A stretch of 64,000 bases of DNA from Amoebidium appalachense. Its lineage: Eukaryota; Protista; Ichthyosporea. How positions within the stretch are numbered: the first letter of the stretch is position 1; the number at the start of each line of letters is the position of its first letter. The stretch is from NCBI GenBank assembly GCA_963693365.1, contig CAVNZM010000015.1:5029502-5093501 (forward strand), read 5' to 3'. Under the pieces are notes generated by a model. That model worked only from the letters and a program-made list of their open reading frames with translations, did not search any database and was not told the DNA's origin. Of the stretch, positions 12,872 through 64,000 are shown one piece after another. The translations under genes and the position numbers were made by a program.

Positions 12872-13130
12872 ACCCTAGGAGCTTGGGAATTGAGGGTAGC
12901 ACCCTGAAAAATGGTGCTGGATCATGCATACTCATGCGCCAAAAGTTGGCGCGAAACTCAGCCAACCATCTGCAGGCTGAGCCCGCCGTTTTGTGAGCCG
13001 GGTTTTGTTCAAAACACACCGTGCCCGGGGCATAGTGTTGCTTTGTTTGTATGTATACTGCGACAGAGGGGCGAAGGGGTTGCAAGGGAAGTTATATGAG
13101 TGGGCCAGGGGCCGACAGGTAGTCACAAAA

Positions 13131-18049
<4,919 letters not shown>

Positions 18050-18120
18050 CCACCCACAGATGAACGACAATGCTCTCTCTGGTCTCTCTCTCTTTCTCCT
18101 TTTTTTTCATTCTCTCCCTC

Positions 18121-18261
<141 letters not shown>

Positions 18262-18565
18262 CTTTTTTTTTTTATTTTAGAGTGGTTTTTTTTTTTATTT
18301 TAGAGTGTTTTTTTTTTTTTAAAAAAACTGTTTTTTTTTTTTTTTTTTTTTTTTTTCTTCTTTTTTTTTTTTTTTCTCCCTCTTTGGGCCCTTTTTTTGG
18401 GACAACAGTTCTTGTGTAGGCATCCGTCATGATTCAATAATGGCTGTTTGTTAGGTGTTCACATGTGCATAGAAATGATTGATGTGGTGACCGTCTGAGA
18501 TAATGATATGCAGCGTTGCCACTCAGTGTGTGCATCTTCCATGGCCCCGTTGTGGCAATATGTAA

Positions 18566-18623
<58 letters not shown>

Positions 18624-18740
18624 CCCCTCCCCCCCTCTCTCCCAAACCCCAACCCCAACTTCCCAAAAAACAGACTGGAGGACATCAAAGTTCCCGTTAC
18701 ATTAGTTGTGCAACTCTAAATTTGTTAAGTTATGTTTGCA

Positions 18741-18778
<38 letters not shown>

Positions 18779-18896
18779 ATATGTTACCTTATGCTTGCCC
18801 CCCCCCCCCCCCCCCCCCCCCATATGTTACCTTATGCTTGCCCCCCCCCCCCCCCCCCCCCCCCCCCTCGGAGCCCGGCTGTATGCCGGCTGGCAG

Positions 18897-18933
<37 letters not shown>

Positions 18934-18937
18934 CGCC

Positions 18938-19021
18938 ATTAAGAACCATGATGGCAGCCCCCCAAAAACTTAAGAACCTGCCCCGCGACCAACTTTTGGG
19001 GTGGTTCTTATTGGCGGACGG
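18938..19021 (-). repeat. Right terminal block with TIR
   Basis: TTAAGAACC at 18939 and 18970, then the 22-bp TIR at 19000-19021 followed by TA. Confidence 0.9.
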
Positions 19022-19398
19022 TATCTGTATGTATACGAAGCCAATTTAAGCCTAGCCGGCATGTACTTGGCTATCGTGTCCAGTGTCATAGACACTGAGC
19101 TTTTCCCTGCGGGCAAAAAAAAAAGGTCAGTGTCTCGCTGTTGTTGTTTGCTACGTTTTGTGTTACAACGCCGTTTGCAGTATCCGATATGTGTGTAGCT
19201 GTTGTGTTCCGTCACAACAACCCTGGGCACTCTGTTAGGTACCGCTCCGTCATATGGTTTCGACAGTATGGCATCGATATCGTGCCCTGGGGTATTGTGG
19301 TCACGTTAGTTCAGATTTCCAGCCTTCTCACAATACTGCACAGTGCCACGAATTGTGCTTTACCCTGGCTCTGTTACATGTGCCAAGCTTGCCTCTCT

Positions 19399-19434
<36 letters not shown>

Positions 19435-19735
19435 TATCCACCCCCCACAAACAAAGCTGCCCCAAGAGTCTAGATCTTCCTCCCTCCCCCGGCCCCTTTC
19501 CCCCGGCGTCCTCCTCCATTCCCCCCTCTCACACCCTCTTTGAACCCCCCCCCCCCCCCCCCCCCCCCCCCGGCCTCCGATCTCATTCTCCCTCTCTCTT
19601 TCTGAGACTCCCCGCCTCTCTGTCTCTCCCTCTTGCTCACTCCCGGAGAGCCTCAGAGACTCTCTCTCTGTCTCTCTCCGGAACCCCTCAGAGTCTCCTT
19701 CCTCTCTTCCTCCGTCTCTCTCTCTATCTATGCAT

Positions 19736-19823
<88 letters not shown>

Positions 19824-20062
19824 AATCTTTTCTCTCTCTCTCTCTATGCATGCTCTCTCTCTCTCTCTCTCTTAAAGACTTTCTCTCTCTCTCTCTCTCT
19901 CTTTCTCCCCCCCCCCCCCCCCCCTGAACACGCTCCCCCCCCCCCCCCCCCCGGGCTCCCTCCGGCGGCCCCTCCCAGTCTCCCCCCCCCCCCCCTCCCC
20001 CCCTCCCGCCGGCTATCTCTTTCTTCCTAAAGCTCTCGCTGTCTTTTTCTCTCTCTCTCTGA

Positions 20063-20095
<33 letters not shown>

Positions 20096-20562
20096 CCCTC
20101 TCTCTCTCTCTCTCCCCCCGCCTCCTCCCCCCGCCCCCCCCCCTCTGCCCCTCCTCCCCCCTTCTCTAAAGCCCCTCTCTTTCATCTCTCTCTACCCCCC
20201 CCCCCCCTCTTTCTCTCTATCTCTCCATTTGCATTTTACCCCCTTCCACCCCCCCTTCAGTCTCCTCCCCTCCTCCGCCTCCCTCCACCCCCCTCCCCCC
20301 CCCCCCCCCCCCCCCCCCCCAGCACACACACACACAAAATCTGCCTCGCAATCCCGCCTACCCCCCGAACCACTCCTCCTTCCTCCCCTCATCTCTCTTT
20401 AGACCTCCACACTCCTCCCCCCCCCCCCCCCCCCTCCCCCTGAAACCCCCTCCCTCCGCCCCCTCCCCCCCCCCCCCCCCCCCCCACACACACACACAAA
20501 CCCCCTTCCCCCACGCTTGTTCGTTTTGATGCACAGCCACCACACCACCACCACCACCCATA

Positions 20563-20640
<78 letters not shown>

Positions 20641-20932
20641 AAAAAAAAAGGGGGGGGGGGGGGGGGGGGGGTGGGGGAGGGGTGAGGTAGTCTGAGGACA
20701 AAAGCACAAAACAATTTCAATTTCAATGATCGAAAATCATTGGCAATCAGACTTTATTAGGTTTCTTGGTATGGAGGTCGGGGTAGTGGCCCCCCAACCT
20801 GCCTCTCTAAAGGTTAAAAAAAATAACAAAAAAATAAAATAAAATAAAATAAAATAGAAAACCCCCTTTTTCATACAATTGGTTTCATACAGGAAAAAGC
20901 AAATGTACAGCGTCCCCAGGGACGGAAATCAC

Positions 20933-20985
<53 letters not shown>

Positions 20986-21506
20986 GCGTTGTTTGCCGGA
21001 CCTCAAATCCGGAATTTGGAGGGGACCGAAGGCCGTTTTGTGAGGCATCAAAAACCATCGAAACGTTGCTTGGTTGTTTTTATGACATCATCGCTAAATA
21101 TTCTTGAGATACTAATGAAAGAGCCTAAAATAACTATATATTTGATAAATGAGAAAATTGAAATATAGTGCCCTAAAGTTGGGCCCTAGAGGATGTACGT
21201 ACTCAGGGCTTTGAAATAAAAAGGAAGAAACCAGCGGTTTCGGAGTCTACTGTGAACACGCTGGGCTGAATGACGGCAGAGATCAGGTGATTCCCGTATC
21301 AAAACGGTTTTCGTTTCTAACCCAGAATGGAACGCACTTTTTTTGGAGAAATTCGGCGATATTTTTTAACAAAGTACTATATCATTGGTACAACGATTTT
21401 TTGAAAATTTTAATGTAATAGAACTACCAATCCAATCACAAAAACCTCAAAGGTCTGCTAACACCGGTTTAGGGGGACACGGGGATGAGGACGGTAAATT
21501 CTATAT

Positions 21507-21557
<51 letters not shown>

Positions 21558-21565
21558 GGCCTGTG

Positions 21566-21605
<40 letters not shown>

Positions 21606-21818
21606 ACATTTTAATGTTTTAATAGCTATAGGCAAACAGTTGTTGAAAAAAAATAGAGTAAAAAACACAACTAAATCAACTCAGTAATGTGAATATGACA
21701 TTTAGGGCGAGTGTACTAGAAGGGTTTGTGGCTGATAATGATTATTTTTTTACACTAGAGCTAGGGTGATTCAAGCTGGGCGGTGGTCATTGGTAAATTG
21801 TGAGGGAGGGAGGGGAAA

Positions 21819-21849
<31 letters not shown>

Positions 21850-22256
21850 GGGGGAGAAAAGGGAAGCAAGGGGATTATGAGGAATAGTATGGAGGGGTGG
21901 GAATGGGTTGGGAAAGGAAAGTGGGGGGGGTAATTGAAAGGGAAAAGGGTCATAACATTTGGCAGATCCGGCAACTGCAGGATTTGGGGGGGGGGGGGGG
22001 GGGGGGAGCGTGAGGCGGGGGGGCTAGGGGAGGGGGGGGGGGGAGCGTGAGGCGGGGGGGCCAGGGAGGGGGGGGGGGGCCGGGGGGAGGGGGGAGGGAG
22101 GTAACAACCACACAACCCAACATCAATAACTGTCTCGTTATGTTTTGGCGCCGGCGACAGCCGGCGCACATACCTACTTGTACCAATCACCAAGCGTCCA
22201 ATTAGAAACACCGCACCACCAGATATCAATGATAACTAACCTATCAGCATCAGGCA

Positions 22257-27878
<5,622 letters not shown>

Positions 27879-28845
27879 TTCACTAATCCGAAAAGGCAAA
27901 AGGGGGTCTATTTATAAAGTTTTATTTTTGTTGGCAAGCGCTTCATGCGGTGAGCTGATGGGAGAATATTGGGCATCCCAAGAGCTAAGGTGATCACGAG
28001 AGTCAGTCAACTTGTCAGCAAAAAGCCAGGGTTGTGTAAGGGACTTCTGAAGTCGCAAACTATGGTATAACCAAAAACGAAACAAGGACAATAAGCTAAA
28101 CGAAAGAGTTAAAGAGGTCAAAAAAACCCTTTAGATGCCTACAAAGGGGGGAGGGATGTTCTAGAACCTCTTTCGAAAAGGTGACCGTTTTCTGCTTTCT
28201 GAATCGCGAATTTTTCGAACGAGACAGCACGGTGCGCGTTTGTCATCCTGTGTAGAGTTAGAGCCAACCAAATAGCTCACACAATAACTATATTTGGAAA
28301 ATTCACTTTCGGTGGTGCTTTCTAAGCCAATCAAAGCTAACCAGGTGTTGGTTCAAGTTCAACTTGACTGTCCAACGTCACAGTGTTCCAACTTCCAACG
28401 CAAGCCCACATGTTTCTTGGGGCAACACGGGGTTACCGCGGTAGGCTAAGCTTTGAAAAACTTTAATTTGTTATGTAGACGATATGAAGATGGTCGTAAT
28501 AGTATATTAGTTGGGTATTTACACAAATAGCGCACCGTGCTGTGCTGCGTTAATGAGGTCTCGAGGGGCACAAAGCAGACAATAACACTACACGGTAATA
28601 TGCAACACGAAGGGGCGTACCAGATACGCCAAACAAACAGAGACTGCTTTTGAAACATCTTAAGCGTTTGTTTGAGTGTTTTATAATTCAGCTTTTCATA
28701 ATTGTAACTTAACAACAAATGCTTAAGAGCAGCTTGCTGAGCCGTGATCAATTTTTGTCTCTTCTAAGGCCCCTTGCCTGAGAGTTAAGCCACCTGCTTA
28801 AGGCGTAGGGAATCTCCAAGATCATTTACACTAACCAGCACAAAC

Positions 28846-29624
28846 ATGGCTACATCTTTATTTACCAGCCATGTATCCAGTCCAGGCAAAGTATTGCGCA
28901 CTGGCCTACCTTCACAAAACATCACATTACCAAAAATACTCGTGTTGGTTGGTGCTCTAGCGCTGGCAGTTGGTGTTTATGTTTTTAGGTTACAAGGCAC
29001 GTTGCTCCAGCTAGAACAGACAGAGAGAGAAGAGAGGGGTACAGTAAACTTTCTGGAAGAGGTTTATGGGCGGCCGCTGCTCATTGATCCAAAATGGCGG
29101 TTTTTACGTTCTGGTGCCCTCTTGAAACATCTCAAAAGCCCTCCACCACCCCCCGACAAAAACATGAAGAGCTACATTCTCGTAGTTATGCCATATGCGC
29201 CCAACCAAGCAGACGCGGTTAAGTACTCCCTCAAACAGTGGGACATTCTTCCGCCGTGTGAGGTCGCTGATGGGCCCGTGGGCGACCTTGTTTTCTTCAC
29301 CTCAAAACGGTACGTGTGGTATAAAGCCCTGTTTTCCTTCCATAGTCGTTGTCCCCCCCCCCCCCCCCCCCTCCCCCCGCCGCCGCCCAAAGAGAGAGAG
29401 AGAGGGAGAGGGAGAGAGGGGGGGGAGGGGGGGGGAGGGGGGATCGCCGAGGAGGGGGGAGAGAGCAAGAGGTAGAGTGCGAGAGCGGAGGGAGGTGGGC
29501 AGAGGAAGGAAGGAGAAAGGGGGGAGAGGGAGAGGGGGAGGGAGAGAGAGAGAGAGAGAGAGAGGAGGGGAGGGAGGGAGTGAGTGGGGGGGGGGGGGGG
29601 GGGGAGAGAGAGAGAGAGAGAGAC

Positions 29625-29722
<98 letters not shown>

Positions 29723-31247
29723 AGATGAACAACAACAAAAGAATAACCATTTCTTTGTCATTTTGCTTTGAAATTCAGTTCCACTTTGCCTGCACAGTCC
29801 TTGGGCTCTCTGTTTGTTAATCTTTTGTTGGTCTCTTCGTATTTAGTGCATTCCCCTTTGTCTTGCACCCCCCCCCCCCCCCCAACACACACACACACAC
29901 TTTCCACTCCCCTCCTCCCCCCCCCCCCCCCCCCCCCCCCCCCGAGCCTTCCCCTCCTTCAATGCCTACCCTGTCGTTTTTTGTTTGCCTTTTTATTTAT
30001 GGATTGTGAAGTTTCATGATTTAACCCCTCCCCACACATCCCCCTCCCCTCCTCCCCTCCCCCCCCCCCCCCCCCCCTTTCCCTCCTCCAATACACACAC
30101 ACATCCACAGACATCGGTTTTTTTTTTTTTTTTTGTGCGCATCTAACAACAGACTTTTGTGTCTGCAGGGATGCACTCCTATCAGTCGAGCAGGAAGGGT
30201 TTAAAAACCCATGCTTCCGTCGTGTGGAATTTCTTCTCTCTTCCATCCCCCCAGAAATGGACCAATACAGATACGCTCCTCCATACATGTTTTTTGAAAT
30301 CATGCTCGGAAATGACCCGAAAACCCCGGGCCACCACCAAGTAGTTAAACCCGATAACGATCATATGATTTTAATGGAGCCCGATGTATGGCCCGTTAAA
30401 AAGAATTGGTTGGCGCGTGCGGCTGATGATATGAGATCGCACAATTTCTGGATTCGGGGGAGTCGTGATAGGTGCCCTAGGCCTCAGGATGCGGAGGTGG
30501 ACAATAATGTGAACGGGAATGGATTCTATCGGCTACATGATCAGGTGTGTGTGGGTGTGCGTGTGTGTGTGTGCGTGGGGGGGGGGGGGGATATGGGTAG
30601 GGGTGGGTGCAAGTGCACGTGTTTGTTTGTCAAGCATGACCCCCCCCCTCCCCCCCCCCCCCTCCTTCAATGATGCATGCTGCATACTCTTTGTATATGC
30701 TCTGTTCCTCAACACCTGAATTCTGTTTGTCCGTCCTGAATGCTTACACATCCCCCCTCCCCCCCCTTTCGCCCACTCCCCGGCTACCTGCTACATAGAT
30801 AACCATGTATCTCGACCCTATTTACTTTATACCTCACGGAGCCATGGAAACTCTGTACTGAGCCCCTTCTTTCCTCTACAGGAATTCATCGATTTTCTGG
30901 TGCGAATCAAGCAACATTACCTCTTTGGGCAGATGGGGGAGCAAAAACAAGAAGCATATGACTACGCCATCAACAATTTCCTAAAAACCACAGATGATGT
31001 GAATTTTCGTGATCACGTTATCTCCATGATTGAAATTACGGACGTGATATTCAACCACCCGCACTACCCGTATAAGCGGGAGCAATTAGCGGACACAGCC
31101 GTTCTTGTACATAACAAACAGCATTCAAAATCGAGAAAGGGGGGTTCGCGATCGAATTTGGTGTATGGTTGTGTTTTGGTTGTGTTTGTGATTGGCGCGC
31201 TGGGATGGAGAAGGAGGCATAGACCGCAAAGGATATTTCAGCTATAG
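28846..31247 (+). CDS. Membrane-anchored putative GT-A-fold glycosyltransferase-like protein, 3 exons
   Basis: Exons 28846-29309, 30169-30544, 30882-31247 are phase-compatible. N-terminal TM (ILVLVGALALAVGVYVF), Pro-rich stem, ILMEPDVWP (DxD-like), FWIRGS, VNGNGFY, AYD, VLVH, and a C-terminal hydrophobic helix. Function is inferred. Confidence 0.7.
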
Positions 31248-31398
31248 ATTTACGGGAATTTGATATTCCGACTTGTGATATACTAGTGGCAGTGGCAGTG
31301 GCACAGGGTTTAGATATTCCAGTGCTTGACATACCAGTTCTAGCAACAGTCTTTGTTAGGTTGAGGAAAGGGCTGTGTGTGCGCGCCCGTGTATGTGT

Positions 31399-31449
<51 letters not shown>

Positions 31450-31581
31450 AGATATGGTTGTGAAAGTGGGCTCAGAAGATTTCTTAAACTAGGCCTAGGC
31501 CAAAACGTTATAGTGTGTATGGCAAGCGCCCATGTACATATTCAGGGAGGCGCTTAAGCGTGCAGGCAAAAGACACTTGAA

Positions 31582-31690
31582 CAGAGCCCATCATCAGGGG
31601 GGTTCCTATGCCTCCACAAAAGCATGGGTTTCGACTCTTTAACCTCTCCCGCGTGGTTCCCAACCCATACTTTGTTTCAACAACAATAGG
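31582..31690 (-). repeat. Diverged copy (D) of the dispersed structured repeat, core only
   Basis: cagagcccatcatcaggggg..gggtttcgac..cccaaccc..tgtttca aligns with copies at 45421, 48463 and 50432. The minus strand contains GUCGAAAC and CUGAUGA. Confidence 0.7.
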
Positions 31691-32632
31691 GGGGGGGGGG
31701 GGGGGGGGGGGGGGAGGGGAGGGGGGGGGGTAGAATGTGTTAAGAGTACAAAGTAGATTTATATAACGGACAACATAATGCAGTGCAAAAACACACGAAG
31801 AGTTTGCATAATGAGCAGAGCATACTCTGTGTGTGTGTGTGTAGGGGGGGGGGGGAGGGGGGGGGGGGAGGGGGGGGGGGGGGGGGGGGGGGGATGTGGG
31901 TTGGTTAGATGCCTTGCTACAAACTGCTAAGGGAGGCATGTGGGTTGGCGAGCAAAAGGTCTTACCACAAGCTCGTGTGTGAGTGAACAAGTAGCAGAGA
32001 CGAGCACAGACGGGGAAAGGTGTGAGGACACACACACACACACACACATACGAACACACACAGGCACGTACACACATATACGACGAGCACCACCGAAACA
32101 CTCAGAACTCTGCACACGGTAGTTCACTGAGTTTCTAACACCAATAAAAAAGTATGGTTGTCGCAATCTTAAAAATGCGCTAACGCACCAAATAGTCAAA
32201 TACAGATATTTTGGGGGGAAGTTTTGGCGCGCGCACAAGAAATTTTTAACAACACTATAAAAAGTAGGACTAATTAGCAGTCTGACTGCAATGATCAAAT
32301 CTGTTACACCATGCCCCATGGTGCATGTAGTTATGCTTAGTATCTGCTGCGCATGCATGGGTGTCAGTCTGATTGTCTGCTGAATCAGGTGCATGCAAAA
32401 AATGTTGGATAGTTAGTACTGCAGATGCATTAGATCTATTTACGATATACGCATACCGTATGCATCTACCGTAGGCCCACATGCATATGCATATATGCAT
32501 GTGCAGATATATGCTGTTACATATCTACGTGCACCGTGACGTCGTGCAGATGCACCATTTCTTTCTATGATTCCTAACACCAGGAGGGGGACTGCAGTGG
32601 GAGACAAGTGGGAGAGGTGGGGGGGGGGGGGG

Positions 32633-32683
<51 letters not shown>

Positions 32684-33357
32684 GAGAGAGAGAGAGAGAG
32701 GGAGAGAGAGAGAGAGCGAGAGAGAAGCAGAAAAGAAGGTGCGGGGGGGGGGGGGGGGGGGGGGGGAGGGGGGGAGGGGGGGGGGGGGGACTACGAGGGG
32801 ATACTCCGCGGCCGAGGGGGGAGGAGGGGATGCACGCTAAGCATCATCAATAATTTAAAACCATTTGGTCTGCGTAGTTGGTTGGTCCCACTAGAGATGG
32901 TCTATTTTGTGCTGTCGTATTCTCAAATTCCACTGCAGCACCCACACGTGCACTACGGATGGTCGGTATTGAGATGTTGTGTGACTGCTGCAAACACCAA
33001 CGACTCGTACCCGGTGGGAAGGGGGGGGGGGGGGGGGGGGGGGGCTTAGGGGTTCATTATATTAGTCACTGAGCTTTTACTTCGGCTAGTAGCTTCAATT
33101 TGCACCCGCACAGACCAAATTGTATAAATCATTGAAGACAAAGTATATATCTAATATTAGTTGGAGATTCAAGATAGTATGTGTACGTGGAGCTGTAGCA
33201 GCTATATATATCATATTACCGGCTGTACATCTGCTGTGCAGATGCATGACAGTGTTTGTACACGTGCACACGTAGCTATCGATATCCTGCATAAATACTG
33301 CTCAGATGCATAAATGTGCACTGGTATTGGTGGGTGGTGGTGGTAGCGGCTGTAGCA

Positions 33358-33397
<40 letters not shown>

Positions 33398-33523
33398 TAA
33401 TCAATTATTAGAATGTGAAGCACGATGCTTAGAACACCGTATACGATAGCATATGCTACACGATGAACAACACTATGCATGACGTGCATGCAAACCCAAA
33501 TACTCGGAGGGGAAGGCGGGGGG

Positions 33524-33597
33524 TTGGAATGTGGAACGCAGTACGAAGTATCACTACACGCATGATGGCACAGGGCACATGCAAAGGCAAACATTCA
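33524..33597 (-). repeat. Partial diverged copy (terminal fragment) of the dispersed repeat
   Basis: ttggaatgtggaacgcagtacgaagta...cacatgcaaaggcaaacattca matches 45421-45485. Confidence 0.75.
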
Positions 33598-34130
33598 GGG
33601 GACAGCAACAGAGAGGTATACGTAGCGCGGGGAAAGGGGGAGGGGGGAGGGGGGGGGGGGGGGTGGGGAGGGGGAGGGGAAGGGAAAGAAGGGCTGGTTT
33701 GCATTTTTACTTCAATGAGAGTCATGTGTATGACTTGTATTCTCTTTCTTTCCTGCTGCTAGGGCATATATGTACATATGATCATGCACAGCCGCCAGGG
33801 CTGCAGCAGCATGGTGGGATGTTTGCTAACACTACAGAACACAGACCCCAGATACATCCACGTGTGAAAGGAACAAAGTTTAACGTGCAAAGTGCTGATT
33901 TCTCACGTGCATACTGTAATAAAACGATAAAAAAAGTAGGAATATGTCATGAAACAACTCTCAAACTGTCCGACTTGCATGTCATTGATATGAAGGGGAG
34001 GGAAGGGCCCCGCGAAGATATGAAGTTGGAATGGAAATTGAAAACAACTGTGTGCGACTCTTGTGAAATCACGGGGAGAGAAATGATTTTGCAACATGGA
34101 AAAACCAACACAATCCCAACATATCCCCAG

Positions 34131-52893
<18,763 letters not shown>

Positions 52894-53938
52894 TCTTGCG
52901 TTCTCGGCCAAGCCTGTAGTTTTCGAGCGAGCTTTAGGGTCAAGTCAATCCGAACAAGTTCAGAGATCAGAGGCGATCATCGCACGAGCCACAACCAAAG
53001 GAGTGCTCGGACGAGCCTAAAGCAAGTGGATGGAATTTCCCAGACAAAAGTGAACTAGCCCAAAGGGATGCCTGAGCGCATGATCTCAAAATTTTTTTTT
53101 AAGGAATTTCGGGAAAAGCTCCCTCTTGAACAACACGATCTAACCTGTACTCTTTAGTCCTAACCAGAACAACTCACTCTTCTGACTACCCCACCTGAAC
53201 CCCGCGAACAAAACCAAAACGGGCAACAAAGACAACATACCTGGCCCTTCGCAGCCTCACCAGCGGCACTCTCTTCTGCCCTTTCCGCCCCCTTATCCCG
53301 CCCTATTTGTCTCTAGACCCCACCTTTCTTACCAAGCAACCCCTCTCCTTTTCTTTTTTGCTTGAGGGTGTAACAAGGGGAGGCTGTGGGCGGGTGACCT
53401 AAATCCTAGCTTGAAAATCCACACCTACAAAACATTCAAACCGAAGCTGTTTTAGCTTTCCACTTTCACCACAGCCTACAATAATTCTTGCCATGAACAC
53501 GAGAACACCCACAACCCCTCTGTTATAGCTTTACGTTTTGCTTTTTTTTGTCCATTATGCAAGGAGAGTTGCCGCGTCATCATGATCACTGAAAGGCGCC
53601 AAGATTTTTGATTCGCTTACACAAGATCGCGATCGAATTGATCGCAAGGATAATCGGAACACAAGAGTATTGGCGGGCAGCAGCTACACAAATCCCAAAT
53701 GTGTGGTGAGACCAAAGGAATGTGTGGAATGTGCGCCTTGCTCAAAAAGCAGAAGTTGAAAAGTTGCGCCTTTCAATCGTTTCGAAGACTCAAACCAAGC
53801 CATTGAAAGCATATCCTGGAAATATTGTCTGGAGTGGGTATGTAACACGAAGGAACACAAAGCATAATAAGGGCACGATAGGAGCCTCAGGATTCTTATA
53901 CCGCATTGAAGTCAGTGGCTGGCAGCCGAGGCGCAACC

Positions 53939-62518
<8,580 letters not shown>

Positions 62519-62529
62519 GTAGGTCCCTG

Positions 62530-62745
62530 CATTGCTAATGCTGCTTACTGAAAACACTATTGCTATTAGTATCTGCGTTGCTGATGTTGCATACTTGGTG
62601 TAAACACTATCACTATTAGTATCTGCGTTGCTGATGTTGCATACTGTAAACACTATTACTATTAGCATTTGCGTTCCTGATGTTGCAATGCAAATACTGT
62701 AAACACTGGTGTCTGCCTTAGGGGTGTTGCATACTGTATTAACAC
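62530..62745. repeat. Intronic minisatellite, ~45-50-bp unit, 4-5 copies
   Basis: aaacactat..ctattagtatctgcgttgctgatgttgcatac is repeated. Confidence 0.8.
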
Positions 62746-63056
62746 TAAGTCTACATGATATCATTTGTTGGTTATATTTTGATCGCTTACAGATTTTCTA
62801 GGTTCGATGTCTTGCCTTAACACGTTCTACGGAAAGACACATCCCCCCCCCCCCCCCCCTCCCCTCCCCCCCTCTTCCCCCCCCCCCCCCCCCCCCCGGA
62901 TCTGCCCCGCCCTTTTTGCTTGGACAGTGCACTTTCGTTGAACCCTCCTTATTTTCTTGCTATAAGCACGATTACTAATCCGTCCATATCTCCCGATTTG
63001 TGTTCAAAGTTATGAACCGCGCACACACCTGCCCATATAGACATGCACACAATTTG

Positions 63057-63172
<116 letters not shown>

Positions 63173-63303
63173 CACCCATCCCCTACATCAACTTCTATGC
63201 GCCCACCACATCTGCCAGTCGTACCCCCTCCCAAATGGCCGTCAGCAACCCATCCACGTCCTCCCAGCACACAGAACCAACCGGTGACTTGGGTAACGTT
63301 CAG

Positions 63304-63334
<31 letters not shown>

Positions 63335-64000
63335 CCCCCCTCCCCCTCCCCCTCCCCCCTCCCCCCTCCCCCCCTCCCCCTTTCTCTGCCCCTCTTGAGG
63401 CTCCCCTCCCCGCCCACCATCCCATCCACCCCCACCCCACCCTGCCCACACATCTACGGTGCTCGCACATCTGCATGTACCAACATGTGCGCGCGCAGCA
63501 CGCCTGCATGCACGCGCACGCACACACACACACATGCCCGCGCGTGAGCAGCACGCAGGCACGCACGCACACACGCACGCACACAGACACACACATCCAC
63601 ACATCCACACATCCACTCACGGCAAGTAGCTTGAAACTGTGTGTCGGTGACATGGAGCCTTTCTAAAGCCACCCGTGTTGATGGGTTATAGTGGCGAGTG
63701 GTGTGTGTTGCAGTGTGGCATCCGAGTGTCTGGTCGATATCCTGGCTTGTATGATACCGCAATTGTTCCTTAGCACCACAATCAAAAAGATAATAAATTC
63801 AGAAACTAGGATATGCAAAAATCCGGGAAAATGGGGATCTGCCGAATCTCTAACTAGGTTAAAGAAGAGTAAAGTAAGAGAGATATGAGAAAAGAAAGCT
63901 AAATTGCCCCCAAAAAAATTGCTTTGGTGACACAAGTGCACGAAGCCTGTTGGTGGCTGCATAGATAATCGCGAGGTATAAAGTGCATAGGCGGAGGTAA

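Noticed and set aside
20905-21500. Possible small TIR or Helitron element between the microsatellites
   Set aside because: Only short GTCCCC/GGGGAC matches; no convincing TIR, TSD or hairpin-CTRR end.

Overview
Eukaryotic, intron-rich genomic DNA full of (CA)n/(GA)n microsatellites and G/C homopolymers. The gene content suggests an opisthokont, possibly a unicellular holozoan (inference only). Most ORFs in the supplied track are repeat artefacts, so real genes were rebuilt by hand from GT-AG exons with consistent phase. Left third: a 14.8-kb element (4243-19021) with perfect 22-bp TIRs and TA target duplication. It carries two divergent, intron-containing transposase genes: a pogo-family DD35D transposase (+) and a ~1370-aa Dada/MuDR-like DxxH transposase fused to OTU protease, Cys-rich, Myb/SANT-like and zinc-finger modules (-). 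Upstream lie a piggyBac-like MITE and a tRNA-like relic. Four host genes follow in two head-to-head pairs: MUL1-like RING E3 (-) with a putative glycosyltransferase (+), and cullin-1 (22 exons, -) with a PSTPIP/Cdc15-like F-BAR gene (+, runs off the window). A dispersed ~450-bp repeat (7 full or partial copies) keeps a covarying RNA structure. It contains all hammerhead-ribozyme core motifs, but in a non-canonical, permuted strand order. This repeat and the two-transposase element are the main leads.
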